52,735 nucleotides of DNA, filler included, from Jimgerdemannia flammicorona (GCA_003990765.1; 2 parts of 2 records of this genome joined end to end with filler, not necessarily neighbours in it); one strand, 5' to 3'. Positions 38,390-51,672 are shown, counted from the first letter of the whole stretch. The notes: a model not told the origin generated them from the sequence alone. A program made the numbers and translations.

Positions 38390-41285
38390 AATTCTGAGAT
38401 ATATTTCTAAAAAAACTCCCAAAAGGCCTACCATCTAAATGAGCAGTAGACTATATCATCAAGACTATTCCAGATGTCAAGTCTGCCTTCAAGTCAATCT
38501 ATTATATATCTCCTAGAGAAATTGATATACTCAAGAAAGAGATTGATAAACTCCTAGAACAAAAATTCATTAGACCTAGTATATCACCTTATGGTACATC
38601 AGTCCTCTTTGTTGTTAAGAAAGGAGAAGACTTATGAATGTATATAGACTACCATAACCTCAATGAGCAAACAATCAAGAACTGCTACCCACTATTCAGA
38701 ATTGATGAAATATTTTATAGGCTTACCAATCTACAATTTATGAGCTCTTTTGATCTGTAAAATAACTATTATCAAATTGCTATAAAAGAAGAAGATATTT
38801 ATAAGACCACCTTCTGAACTTGTTATGGATATTTTGAGTTCTTGGTTATACTCTTTGGCTTAACTAATACTCCTGCAACCTTCCAGATACTGATGAATAC
38901 TATCCTGCATCTGTATCTGGACAAATTTATTATTGTCTATATTGATGATATTCTAGTCTTCAGCAAAACTCTAGAGGAATATCTTGAACATCTTGAACTA
39001 GTACTACTGAAACTCTGAGAAAACTGACTCTTTGCAAAACTCAGCAAATGCAAATTTCTCCTAAAAGAAATTCAATTCCTTAGATACATTGTCACTCTCA
39101 ATAAAATCAAAGTAGACTCTAGCAAAATCTCTATAATCAAGAAATAGCTCAGACCTAAGAAGCTGAAGGACCTCTAGTCATTCCTAAGACTAGTAAACTA
39201 TTACTTGCAATTTGTTGCAAACTTTACCAAGATTGCTACTATCCTTATCCAAATGACCAAGTATAGTAAGAAAGAAGAATAGCTCTGGACTAAAAAATAA
39301 GAAAAAGACTTCAACAATCTTATAAATTGGAAACCTGAACAAGATATAGTCTTTCAAATATTGAAAGATACCTTAATAACCACTCTAGTACTTCAAGCAG
39401 CAAATCCTATCCTACCTTATAAAGTTATCACTAATGTCTCTGACCTAGCTCTTAGAGCAGTACTTATACAGAAAGGACACCCTATAGCCTACGACTCCTA
39501 CAAGTTCAATGATACTGAAATCAACTACATAATTTATAAGAAGAAAATATTAGTCATTGTAGATACTCTGATCAAATGGTGACTATATCTTGAAGGAGCA
39601 CACTTCACTGTATTGACTGACTACAAATCATTAGTCAATATCAAGATCTAGGCTACTCTTTCTCAAAAGTAAGCCAGATGGATGAAAGTCCTTACCAATT
39701 TTGACTATGAAATTCAGTATTACCCTAATAAAGAGAATATTATTACCAATATAATCTCCAGACCACCAATCAAAGAAGTTATCCAAACTCTCATCTTGGT
39801 CACCAACTCTATTATAAAATAAATTATTACAGTATATACTAATAATAAAGAAGCTCAAGTACTCTAAGAAATTCCAAGCAATAATAATACTGATAAGTAT
39901 ATCAGTATCATCAATACCAACTGAAGGACAATGCTATCTACTATAAGAATAAATTGTATATTCCTAATAATTGAGATCTCTGAAAGACTATCTTATTCAA
40001 ATATCATAATATCTCTATAGCTGGACATTTAGGATTTGACAAATGCTATGAAGTTATTTCCCAAAACTTCTATTGACCCTGTATGGCTAATTAGCTAAAG
40101 ACCTATATTACTTCCTATGATACCTGCTAATGTAATAAGATCTCAATACTAGTAAAACCTGGTCTACTCTATACTATCTCAGTACCATCTACTAATTAGG
40201 AACAAATCTCTATGGACTTCATTATATAACTACCCCAAACCAAGAATGAGAAAAATACAATTATTGTCTTTATGAACTATTGCAGCAAATAAGTCTATTT
40301 TGTACCAACTACTACTACCACAACAGTATTAGATATAGCCACACTCTTGTTTGATAATATCTTCTACTATCATGGTCTCTCTAAGATCATTATTAGTAAC
40401 TGTAATCTGAAGTTTATCAGTTATTTTTAAAAAGCTCTCCATGCATACCTTAGAACAAAACTTATACTATCTATAGTCTTTTACTCTGAAACTAATGGTC
40501 AAACAGGAAGAATGAACCAAACTTTAGAACAAATACTAAGGAATTATATTTTCTATAAGTAAGATGATTGGTATAAATATCTTACTACAGTTGAGTTTAC
40601 CTATAATAACAGTAAGTAAGTATCTCTGAGAATGACCCTGTTCTTTATCAATACTAGACAAAACCCAAACACCCCTCTGATACTTATTAGAACTACCAAT
40701 AAACTCTCTAATATTGAAGCTGTTGAAGAATTTCTGCTCTGAATATGCAACTTGAGTTAAATTATAATTGAGAATTTATCCTAAGCTCAAGAACAACAGT
40801 CACAGTATATCAACCAGTACCACTAAGAAGAAACTTTTGATATTAGAAAAAAAGTTCTACTAGATATCTGAGGATACCAAGTTGATAACCTCAAGTACAG
40901 ACTATCTACAAAGCTGAATAGCAAATTCATTAAACTATTTAAAGTCATTGTATAAGTCTCTCTAACTTCTTACAAATTAGTACTACTAGATACTATTAAG
41001 ATTCACTCAGTCTTTAATGTTTAACATCTCAAGCAATATAATGAAAATGAAAATGATAATAAACTATTCTCAAACCAAACTACAAAACCACCTGCTCCTG
41101 TCATTATTAATGACTAAAAAGAATACAAAGTTGAACAAATCCTCAATAAATATAGCCACAAGAACCATTCATAATACTTTGTCAAATAGAAAGATTATCT
41201 AATCTATAATATAATATAGGAACTCAAGATCAACCTCTAGAATACTACTGATCTAGTTCAAAAATATGACTCTTTGAATAACTGA
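38390..41285 (+). pseudogene. E6 RT, RNase H, integrase and chromodomain
   Basis: [47 protein letters not shown]; many stops. Confidence 0.9.
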
Positions 41286-41716
41286 AACTGAATACTGCTA
41301 TACCTACTAGTCCTATATTATATACCATCCCTCTTAAACAATAAGTACCATTATAACTATCATAAATAAAATCAAGAACTCAGCAAGTTAAGATAAAAGA
41401 ATACCAACCCTCTAGAAAAATAGCAAAACTGAAAGCCAGTCTATTCTTCCTATACCACTGGTGGGAAATGAGATATAGATATTTAAAAAGATTCTTTAGA
41501 GGAAATTCTCCAGTGGTAAATGATGTCTGATGTATGGCATTAAATATATAACTCTTTAATATATAAATCTAATATATTAGGCAACTGTACTACAAGTATA
41601 CTACTTTTTGAGAAAATTGGACTTTATTGAACTTTTGACTATCCAAATGATGTAAAAATACTAGATCAAAATTAGAAGACCTTGATGAGAACATTGAAAG
41701 CTAAAAAGGGGAAAGT

Positions 41717-42371
41717 TGTAAGCATATCCTCTAAGCCACCAAAATCATATATCACCTCTAAATAAAATTAGAAATTACATACAAGATCACAAAGTTAAGT
41801 CAAATCAAAGTTATAGAACATGAAGCTGAGTCAACTTGAAGTCACAGAATATAAGATTTATACAAACAAAATCTTATCAATAAAGACCAAATGTATATAT
41901 ACTCAATACTCAGATGTATCAAAACAGAGAACTAAAACAAATATAACTGTATCTATACTGATATTTAAAATACCATTGTCAACTAAGCCACACCTCTCCT
42001 GCCCCTCATGAATATCCATAGTCTGACATCTCTCTACTTTGTGGAAGCCTGATGGAATACCCTGAATATACTTAATGAAGTCCACTAAATTGGACAAATC
42101 TCAAGCTATTATCAAATTAGATACCTCCTAAAAAACATAGTCAAATACTACTATGATATAGATATTATCCAGATGTCTCAATATCAGAAACTCATTACTC
42201 ACAAATACCAAGAACTCTTTTATGAGTACAGTACCTTTATTCCTCACCTCTGAGTTATTACTACTAAAATGATTACTACTCTGTCCTATAGCCAAATTAA
42301 TGATATAATACAAGAACTCAACTACTAGTATATCAAGTATATTTAAACTACAGATAGAATCTTCCTATATC
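41717..42371 (+). repeat. 3' LTR of E6 (truncated), containing the accessory-domain ORF at ~41945-42330
   Basis: Follows the PPT, starts TGTAAG; ORF reads YYQIRYLL...KLITHKYQELFYEYSTFIPHL*VITTKMITTLSYSQINDII. Confidence 0.8.
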
Positions 42372-42560
42372 TAGTACTCTGATCAAGTCAGGGAAATTCA
42401 AATCTGATTCAAATTTGCTAACCACATGACTGATTCAAGCCAGTTTGAATTCATTACATAATGAATTTATTATGTGATTAGTTCAGGTCAATTTGAGCTA
42501 GCTCAAATTCATCTTAGGAGCTGAAATCCTGATAAATTCTTCAGATGATAAATCAAACTA
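42372..42560. mobile_element. Possible terminus of a DNA transposon (hAT-like) interrupting the E6 3' LTR
   Basis: Starts TAGTACTCTGATC with repeated decayed (g)attc(g)aa subterminal motifs; other end not found. Confidence 0.3.
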
Positions 42561-43149
42561 AACTAGTGCAAATTAACAGACCTATAAAAAGAACAATTCT
42601 TTAATTAAAAAAAAACCTGAAGAAAGGATACTATATCTGCCAAACTTCTATCAAATATTCAAAAACTAAGATATAATATGAAAATCAGCTACCAAATATA
42701 TAAAATATCTATAGATTTTTTTACTCTACTAAGTTTTCAAAAAATTTATTGTAGCAGCACACAGCTTTCAAGATTCTGTGATAAATACTTAAAGATAAAC
42801 TATTCAAAACTTCCTTATCTCCTATAACTGTAAAACTATATAGTTGATTTGAATAAAATACCATCATCATATTAGACTCCAGTAGAACTCCAATACCATA
42901 AGTCAAATTATAAAATAAGCCTCCAGATTTTGAGATATACTGTCCTTTATGTTTGATAATACAGAGTAAAATAGATATTATATCTTGATCAGTATGAGTA
43001 GGAGAGCTTATACATCAGCCAAAAAATATGTTGCTGACTTTTGCTATATTTTGCTCAAACTGAAATCCTCTAAGTCTAAAATGTATTCTAGATTGACCCA
43101 GATTCATCTGACCTCCATCTATTCTAGATAATTTCAAAACTGATAAGAA

Positions 43150-43310
43150 TGCTGAAGCTGGAAATGCTGAGGATATCAGGGATATCAGAGATACTGGAGA
43201 TGCTAAGAATGCTAGGAATGCTGGAGATACCAGAGATACCAGAAATGCTGAGGATACCAGAGATGCTGGGGATGTTAAGAATACTGAGGATGCTAAGGAT
43301 ACTAGGATAT
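43150..43310. repeat. 9-bp minisatellite (~GATGCTGGA), about 17 degenerate units
   Basis: gctggaaat gctgaggat atcagggat atcagagat actggagat ... Confidence 0.8.
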
Positions 43311-43583
43311 CTCCTGAAATTTCTCTAAGAGATAAATAGTAGGAAGTATTAAATTAGTTAAAAATTAGATAAAGTAGGAGAATTTGATGCCACATCTGAT
43401 AAGAAGTGTTGAAAAGAAGTAAAGCTATCTCTATAATAGCTATTTCATATTCCTCCTATTTATCTTGTTTAATTTTTAGTTTAAAATTATTGAGAGATAT
43501 GATACTGTAATATATCTCTCTAGTATAGGTCAAAGTATAGCCAGCTGATATATACATAAGATCTAGTTTCAGCTTGAGCTTTG

Positions 43584-43584
<1 letters not shown>

Positions 43585-43622
<38 letters not shown>

Positions 43623-43627
43623 GTCAC
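43585..43627 (-). mobile_element. Poly(A) tail and terminus of an R2 retroposon, separated from its body by the E7 insertion
   Basis: T35-ATAGTCAC is the reverse complement of GTGACTAT(A)n seen at 26640; continues at 52078. Confidence 0.75.
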
Positions 43628-44032
43628 TGTAACATTTTAGCATAGTTTATTTCTTTTCTCTGTCTTTCTTGAATATTCTATAACCTTCCAGCACTTTCCA
43701 TATACTTAGAAATCTCCTTCTTGATACTGAGCATTAACTAGTACTTATTTAGTTAGTCACTAAATGTCTTGGAAACTTATAGAACATTATTTGTCATCAT
43801 TTGTCAACTTTGCCAAGAACTTTCCTCTTGGTATTTTCTTTTGATTTCTCAGATTCTTCCAGATCCTTCCTTCAGATCTTGTATAAATATCCCCTTTGTT
43901 CTCATGAATAAAGCCTCAGAATATTTTCTCCCAGAAACCCTTCGAGAACACTTGAATCCTTAAGTAACTCTTTAAGTTACTTAGAACTACCAGAACTAGT
44001 TACTTCCTTATTTAGAAACTAGAACTGTTATA
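43628..44032 (+). repeat. 5' LTR of E7
   Basis: tgtaac...tgttata; direct repeat of 51673-52077. Confidence 0.95.
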
Positions 44033-44062
44033 CTTAGTAGCAGTGGTTAAGTTATACTTAGC

Positions 44063-45252
44063 TTTTTTTGTTTTTTTGTTTTACGGACTCTATGTCCCAT
44101 GGATTTTTATTGGAAGGGAACCTAGACTATATAGGCCAAAACCCTCCCCCACCACCCATCAAGTACTGCCCCCCCATTAACCTAGGCTAGCTATTGTTCA
44201 GCAGCTTGACCATACCAGGCACAGTAGGGCAAAGTAGCCTGCACCTCATTCTGCACACCATGCTCTCCCTACCACCAGGGGAAACCCAGCTATACACCAA
44301 TAACCGAAAGCGCATACCTGAGAACCCAACGTATGTATAAGGCCACGCCCAAGCCAAATAGAATAGCCCCTGTCACCCCAAAGAGAATGACAGGCAAAGA
44401 AAAAAACCCTCATCAAAGCACAACATGGTGGGTAGGGCCTGGTTCTCCCAGTCGAGGTGAGTAGAGAACTTACATGTGAGGTGGGAGGAGACCCCCAATA
44501 CCCCACTACTCAAGCCTGTAGGCCTCGATCACGTTGCCGTGTCAGCTCCTGGTTCCAGTTGAGTGCAGCCAAGATATCTAAAATGGGTAGCCTCGGGCCC
44601 CCCAACCCCCCCTGATGACTGGGGCCCAACCCCATGAATCGCCAAAAGAAGCCAAGAGTGACACCTACCACCTAACTATACTGCACCAATCAAAAGGCCC
44701 CACTGAAGCAGCACCTGCCCCAGCCCTAACAACCACCCCCAGCCTGGCACCTTACTGGTCCACTGTAATCGCCCTTCCTCCTATCTGTGATGGCCATCTC
44801 CCCTCCCATCCTGACATCACCTGAAAAACAGTCACCTATGCCAGAACCACACTCACTGGGAAGCTTGCCAAAGCCAGAGGGCCCCACCACAGGCACTGAG
44901 GACCTGCAGGTAACCTACACTGAGCACTTGATGCCCAAGGTCGGCTGACTCCCTACATAGCCCGAGACACACTGAGATAACTCCTTGTTGGCGATGGTAA
45001 AAGGAAGAAAGCACTGCACCAAAACGGGTATACCCCAGATGCAGCTAAAGGCACCAGAATCCGCAAAAAAGTGGAGAAAGCACCAATTCGACACTGACAA
45101 AGGGGCAACTCATCACCATTGCCCTCCTCCCACCATGCTCCTACAGGCACAGCAAACCAACCCGAGGTAGAGGGGGTAATATTAGGGAAAAGGGGACTCG
45201 GAAGGTCACCTACCAAACCTTGTGACTAGTAAGGTAGTGGAGAAAGGAGCTG
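44063..45252 (-). mobile_element. R1 poly(A) retroposon, apparently full length, just downstream of the E7 PBS
   Basis: TSD AAGTTA(T/C)ACTTAGC (44049-44062 / 45253-45266); T-rich tail at the left end. Confidence 0.93.
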
Positions 45253-45314
45253 AAGTTACACTTAGCCTTATCAAGACACCTCTCAAGATACCAGTCACAA
45301 TACTATAGAGAACA

Positions 45315-48300
45315 ATGAGTGAAACCCTTTATACAGTACCTATAGTCCAGACAATACCTCATATAATTAGCAAGAAGAAGAGGAATAGCAAAACCCTACT
45401 CAGTCAAATAGAGCCATTGAGAGTCTTTTGTAGACCACATTAGCTCAGATTGCTCAACTTCAAGAATGCATAGAAAGAAAGGAAAGTAAGGCCTCTACTC
45501 ATACCTCTGCACCTCTACTGATATCAATATATCCGACAGCAGTCACTATCAAGCCTCAGAAGCCTGACACCTTTAATGATCAAAGAGGAGGACTGTCTAC
45601 TGATACCTGAATTTTCCAATTGAAGCAATATAGAGAACTGACCAATTTGGAAGAAGCAATACTAGTCCAATTCACCACTACACTCCTCTGAGGGAATGCT
45701 ACTATCTGGTGGTGAAATCATGTCCAGAATACCAGATTCTCTGGCTGAATCAAGACCTGGGGTGAATTTGCTGATGCTATTTAAGGCCAATTCAAACCAG
45801 TCAATAGCATCAAGGCCACACAAGACTGTCTGGCAAATGTCAAACAACTCAAGTCTGTGCAAGTATATAATGCATAATTCCTATCAATCCTGCTAGAATT
45901 ACCACATGTCACTGAAGACAAGAAGGTCAACAAGTATATCTGAGGTCTGAAAGGTCAAACTCAAGTTTGTATTGAACTAGAAGAACTCAAGGACTTAGAT
46001 ACAGCAATGAAGATTGCTGATAGATTTGATATCATCACCTATGATCACCACTTTGAACAGAAGAGACTACCTTTCAACAACAACAACAATCACAGAAGGG
46101 AGGAACCCAAAGTCAGAACTGTTGGACCTGCCCCCATGGACCTAGACACCATCGACAAGAATAAGAAAGGCAAGCTTACACCCAAGAAAAAGGAGTACCT
46201 TAAGAAGGCTGGAGCCTGCTTCTTTTGCCATCAGCCTGGTCACATTGCAACCAAATGTTTCAAGAAAACTGCCAAACCAAAGAGGATTCTGGTCCTGTCC
46301 AAAGATACCCAAGGTCAACTAGTTGAATAAAAAGTTATACTTAATTTTATGCAAGTCAACCCCAAGGCCCAGATCCCTCAAGCACAGTTAGAAGGAGCCA
46401 TAGGTTTAGACCTTCAAGCAGTACAACAAGTCACTATTCCAGTACATGAAAGAAGGCTCATTCCAACTGGTCTTTCAGTTGAAATCCCCAAGAAATATTA
46501 TGCAAGGATTGCACCAAGATCTGGTCTTAGTTTCAAGTACTCATTGGATGTTAGTGCTGGAGTCATTGACCCTGACTTCTGAGGTAAAATACAAGTCCTG
46601 CTAGTCAACCACAAGAACCAACCATACACTGTCAATGAAGGTGACAGAATTGCACAGCTCATTCTGGAGTGAGCCACCCTACCAGTCATCAAAGAAGTCA
46701 CCAAGCTGTCTTCAACCAAGTAAAATCAGAAAGACTTTGGCAGTACTGATAAAGTTGCAAGTATAGCTAAGAACTGAGCCAATTAAATGCTCATCTTCAA
46801 AGGTCTAGTCAAGAGATAAGAGCTAGATGTTCTCATAGACAGTGGAGCTGTTGGGAACTTCATCAAGAACCTCATCAACAAGCTCAAGATTCTCACCAAA
46901 CTAGCTGGTAAGAATAGTGGAGTTGTCACTGCAGATAGCACCATCTTACCAATTGACTCAATTGCTGCTAAACTTCCCCTCAAGATCCAGAAGTACTGGG
47001 AATGTTTAGATTTCGAGATAGTACCACTAGGAAACCATGACCTGATCCTAGACAAACCCTGACTTACATGACATAACCCTCAGATCGATTGGACCAAGAA
47101 TGAAGTCACTTTGATCCAGGATGGAGCCAACATTACTATCAAGCCAGACTAGACTCAGACAAGAACCCCAATTGCTACCCTCTTAGCAATTCAGTTCAAA
47201 AAGGCCCTCAAGAAAGCTACTTATGCCTTTGTGGTACTGATCCAACCAAAGAAAGAAGACAAGAAGCTATCAATTAGTGAAAGCATCAAGTTACTACTGA
47301 ATAAGTACAAGGATGTCTTCCCAGACAAACTACCTGGTCTACCACCTTTGAGAGACCATGACCACGAAATCAAGTTGGTACCTGATGCAGCCATACCTAA
47401 GAAGAAAATGTACTACATATCTCCACTCGAAATTGAAGCAGTCAAGAAGAAACTCAATAAACTCATTGAGCAAGGAGCTATTCAGCCAAGCAAGTCACCC
47501 TTTGGCTCCCCAGTCCTATTTGTCAAGAAAAAGAATAATACTCTGCAAATGTGTATAGACTATCGAGCACTCAACAAGATCACAGTTAAGAACCATTATC
47601 TGCTACCACTCATAGATCAAATCTTTGATACTCTCAAGAATGCAAAGTACTTCACCAAGATTGATCTCACCTCTGGGTATTACCAAATTCGAATCAAGCC
47701 AGAAGACATACCCAAGACTGCCTTCATAACACCCTTTAGACTCTATGAATTTCTAGTCATAGCCTTTGGTCTCACCAATGTACTAGCAATCTTTCAAGAT
47801 CTCATGCAAACTGTCTTCAAGGACTAGCTCTATGTCTTCATACTTGTATACATTGACAACATTCTGATCTTCAGTAGTACCAAAGAAGAACACCTCAAGC
47901 ATATTGAACAAGTCCTCAAGATCCTCCATGAGAACAAGCTCTATGCAAAACTCAAGAAATGGGAATTTTTCAAGAATCAAGTCGAATACCTTGGATACAT
48001 TGTATTAGCTAAAGGAATTTAAGTAGACCCAAGGAAAATACAAACCATTGAACAGTGGCCTGTACCAGCAAACCTCACTGAACTCAGATCCTTCTTCAGT
48101 CTGACTGGATACTACTGTTGATTTGTTAAGAACTTCTCTGGTATCACAGAATCTTTGACAAACCTCCTGCAAAAGGAATCCAACTCTGACCTCTATGTCT
48201 CCTACATCTGGGATACTTTCTGTCAACAAGCTTTTCAAGAACTCAAGAACTGCCTGACCCATGTACCTGTCCTGAGAAACATGGACTCAAACTTGAAGTT

Positions 48301-50125
48301 TACAGTTACTACAGATGCATCTAACTTTGTCATTGGTGTAGTCATTTCTTAAGATGATGGTCAAGGACACCAACCTATTGCCTTTGAGTCAAGAAAATTG
48401 TCCCCAGTGGAACAAAAGCTGGCTACTTATGAAAAGGAACTCCTGGCAATCATGTATGCCCTCAAGACCTGGTGATACTATCTAGAAGGAGTTAAGTTTG
48501 ATGTGATCACTGATCACAGGTCTCTTCAGTATATTAACACTCAATCAACCCTCTCTTGCCAACAAGCTAAGTGGAGTCAACTGCTTCAGACCTTTACCCC
48601 AAACATCATCTATAAGCCTGGTAAAACTCTAGTTGTATCAGATGCACTTTCAAGGAGACCTGACCTTGCTATGATTTTACAAGTCACCATGGTACCTGAA
48701 TTTCTCAATCAGATCAAGAAGGCATATGAACAAGACTCTCTGGTTCTACAAAGAAATACCAAGGAATTCAAAAAAAAAAAAGTACACCATCAAGGACAAC
48801 CTCATGTACTATCAAGACAAAGTATATATTTTTGCCAATCCTGAACTACAATATAAGATTCTTCATAAACATCATGACTCCCCACTAGCTGGTTACCTTG
48901 GAACTGAGAAGACTATCAAGAATATCCAACAAGACTACTACTGGCCAAACATGCTCAAGAAATCAAGGTGTATGTCCAAAGCTGTGATCTTTGCCAAAGA
49001 AACAAGTCAAGTAACCAAGTACCCACCAGTCTTCTACAACCCTTGTCAATTCCGACCAAGAAGTTCAAACAAGTCACAATGGACTTCATTGTGCAACTTC
49101 CATGAACCAAAACAGGCTATGATGCTATTGTTGTGATTGTGGACCATCTCACCAAGATTACAATTGCCAAGCCAACTACAACCAATACCACTGCTCCAGA
49201 AATTGCAAGAATCTTCTTCAAGACTGTCTTCTGTCATTATGGACTTCCCTGAGTAATTATCAGCAACTATGACCCCAAGTTCACAAGCCACTTCTGGCAA
49301 GTACTCTTCAAGACTCTTGGAACCCAAATTGCTATATCTACTGTCTTCTACCCTCAAACTAATGGACAGACTGAGTGAATGAACAGAACACTTGAACAAA
49401 TGCTCAGAAACTATGTATCCTATGAGCAAGATGATTGGGACCACTATCTGACCTATGCCAAGTTCATCTATAATAATGCCAATCAATCATCAACTGGCCT
49501 TTCTCCATTTCAGCTACTTTATGGTCAAAACCCCAAGACCCCTACAAGTCTAGTCCAATTCCAGCAATCTAGTCACACACAAGTTCTCACAGCCCAGAAC
49601 CTTATCAACAAAATGGATTCCCTTCTCAAGATCGCCACTACAAATCTGCAAAAGGCTCAGTAATATTAAGCTAAGTATACAGATAAGAAGTGGTGAGATA
49701 TCATATATAACATTGGTGATATGGTTCTACTCAAAGCTGACAATATCAAGGCTCAATCTCAAGTCAACCACTAGTCAGCCAAATTCCAGCCCAAATATCT
49801 TGAACCCTTTGAGATCACCAAGTAAGTCTCTATCTGATCTTACTACCTCAACTTGCCAATAACTATTTATATACACCCAGTATTCTATGTATCACAACTC
49901 AAGGCCTGGAACCAGTCACCCCCATACCCTGACTGAATTCCGACACCATCAGTACCAGTTATAGTTGAAGACCACATCGAGTATGAAGTTGAGAAAATCT
50001 TAGACAAGTGAGTCTAATACTGTCACACAGAATACCTAGTCAAGTGGATGAGTTACTCTGAATATAATGTCACCTGAGAACCTACCGCCAATCTTAAGAA
50101 CTCCCAAGACCTCATCAAGAGTTTG
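45315..50125 (+). pseudogene. E7 gag-dUTPase-PR-RT-RH-IN-chromodomain polyprotein (decayed)
   Basis: [74 protein letters not shown]. Confidence 0.95.
46340..46750 (+). pseudogene. dut: E7 dUTPase, in frame with gag across a single TAA
   Basis: AIGLDL, APRSGL, AGVIDPDF*G, GDRIAQL, DFGST. Confidence 0.92.
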
Positions 50126-50384
50126 AGCAAAAAGGAACTCATTAACTGCCCATGAGGTTCTCCCCTTGGATAGTAGATGACCTACTGTGCTGATTAGATA
50201 CATTATATATTGGGGCTCTCTAAGGGATATAGCATCAGAAATAAGAGATATAGGAGAACCCTATAAATCCTGTAACCAACAAGGTTCAAACCAGTTCTCA
50301 TCTGATCAAGATGATACTTTGGCCCTTGCCTTATACAAGGATGGCCAATCCTTGCCAATGAGTCGATATATTTAATTTGAAGTT

Positions 50385-50386
<2 letters not shown>

Positions 50387-50419
<33 letters not shown>

Positions 50420-51587
50420 GGACTCATGTCCCGCGGAATTTTATTGGAAGAGAACCTAGACTATATAGGCCAAAATCCTCCCTCACCACCCACCAAGCAC
50501 TGCCACCCCATTAATCTAGGCTAGCTATTGTCCAGCAGCTTGACCATGCCAGGCACAGTAGGGCCAATAGACCCGCACCTCATTCTGCACACCATGCTCT
50601 CCCTACCGCTAGGGGAAACCCAACCATATACCAATGACCGAAAGTGCATGCCTGAGAACCCAACATATGTACAAGACCACGTCCGAGCCGAATAGAATAG
50701 CCCCTGCCACCCCAAAGAGAATGACAGGCAAAAAAAAAACCCTCATCAAAGTACAATACAGTGGGTAGGGCCTGGTTCTCCCAGTTGAGGTGAGTAAAGG
50801 ACTTATACGTGAGGTGGGAGGAAACCCCCAATACCCCACTACTCAAGCCTGTGGGCTTCGATCATATTGCCATGTCAGCTCCCGGTTCCAGTTGAGTGTA
50901 GCCAAGATGCCTGAAATGAGTAGCCTCAGGCCTCCTAATCCCCCCTGACAACTGGGGCCCAACCCCACTGACTGCCAAAAGAGGCCGATAGTGACACCTA
51001 CCACCTAACCATGCCACACCAATCAAAAGGCCCCACTGAAGCAGTACCTGCCCCAGCTCCGATGACTGCCCCCAGCCTAGCATCCTACTGGTTCACCATA
51101 ATCGCCCTTCCTCCTATCTGTGATGGCCATCTCCCCTCCCATCCCGACAACACCCAAAAAGCAGTCACCTATGCCAGAACCGTGCTTGCCGGGAAGCTTG
51201 CCAAAGCCAGAGAGCCCCACCACAGGCACTGAAGACCTGCAGGTAACCTACACTGAGCACTTGACACCCAAGGTCGGCTGACTCCCTACGTAGCCCGAGA
51301 CACACCGAGACAACACCTTGTTGGTGACAGCAAAAGGAAGAAGGTGCCGCACCAAAACGGGTATACCCCAGACGCAGCCGAAGGCACCAGAATCTACGAA
51401 AAAGTAGAGGAAGCACCGATCTGACACTGATAAAGGGGTAACTCATCACCATTGCCCTCCTCCCACCATGCCCCTGCAGGCACAGCAAACCAACTTGAGG
51501 TAGAGGAGGTAATAATAGGGGAAAGGGGACTCAGAAGGTTGCCTACCAAACCTTGTGACCAGTAAGGTAGTGGAGAAAAGGTTGTTG
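50387..51587 (-). mobile_element. R1 poly(A) retroposon, apparently full length, in the E7 3' UTR
   Basis: TSD AATTTGAAGTTTC (50374-50386 / 51588-51600); ~30-nt T tail; same 5' end as the 44063-45252 copy. Confidence 0.93.
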
Positions 51588-51672
51588 AATTTGAAGTTTC
51601 TTTTAGTCTTATTGTTTATTATATATAACTTTGAGAATTCAATGAGGATGTTGATTCTTAAGGAGGGGGAGA

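Larger units (their letters stand above)
33393..42371 (+). mobile_element. Chromovirus E6 with ~2 kb LTRs, both truncated by later insertions: gag-dUTPase-Cys/His-PR-RT-RH-IN-chromodomain
   Basis: Direct repeat 33415-33845 / 41945-42370; LTR end cttata at ~35181 followed by decayed PBS; PPT aaaaaggggaaag 41703-41715 then tgtaag at 41717; YIDDILV at ~38938; EYKVEQILNK at ~41121. Confidence 0.85.

Noticed and set aside
42600..43140. Transposase fragment behind the hAT-like terminus
   Set aside because: No recognisable motif in the frames I read
46328..46349. Programmed readthrough or frameshift between gag and dUTPase in E7
   Set aside because: The two are in the same frame, the TAA is explainable as CAA->TAA, and E4 is open across the junction
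50150..50375. Accessory ORF in the E7 3' UTR
   Set aside because: No frame shows a convincing match to the accessory motif
44063..51587. 1.2 kb direct repeats as a second LTR pair of E7
   Set aside because: Each has its own TSD and poly(A) tail, lacks TG..CA ends, and the family also occurs inside E4
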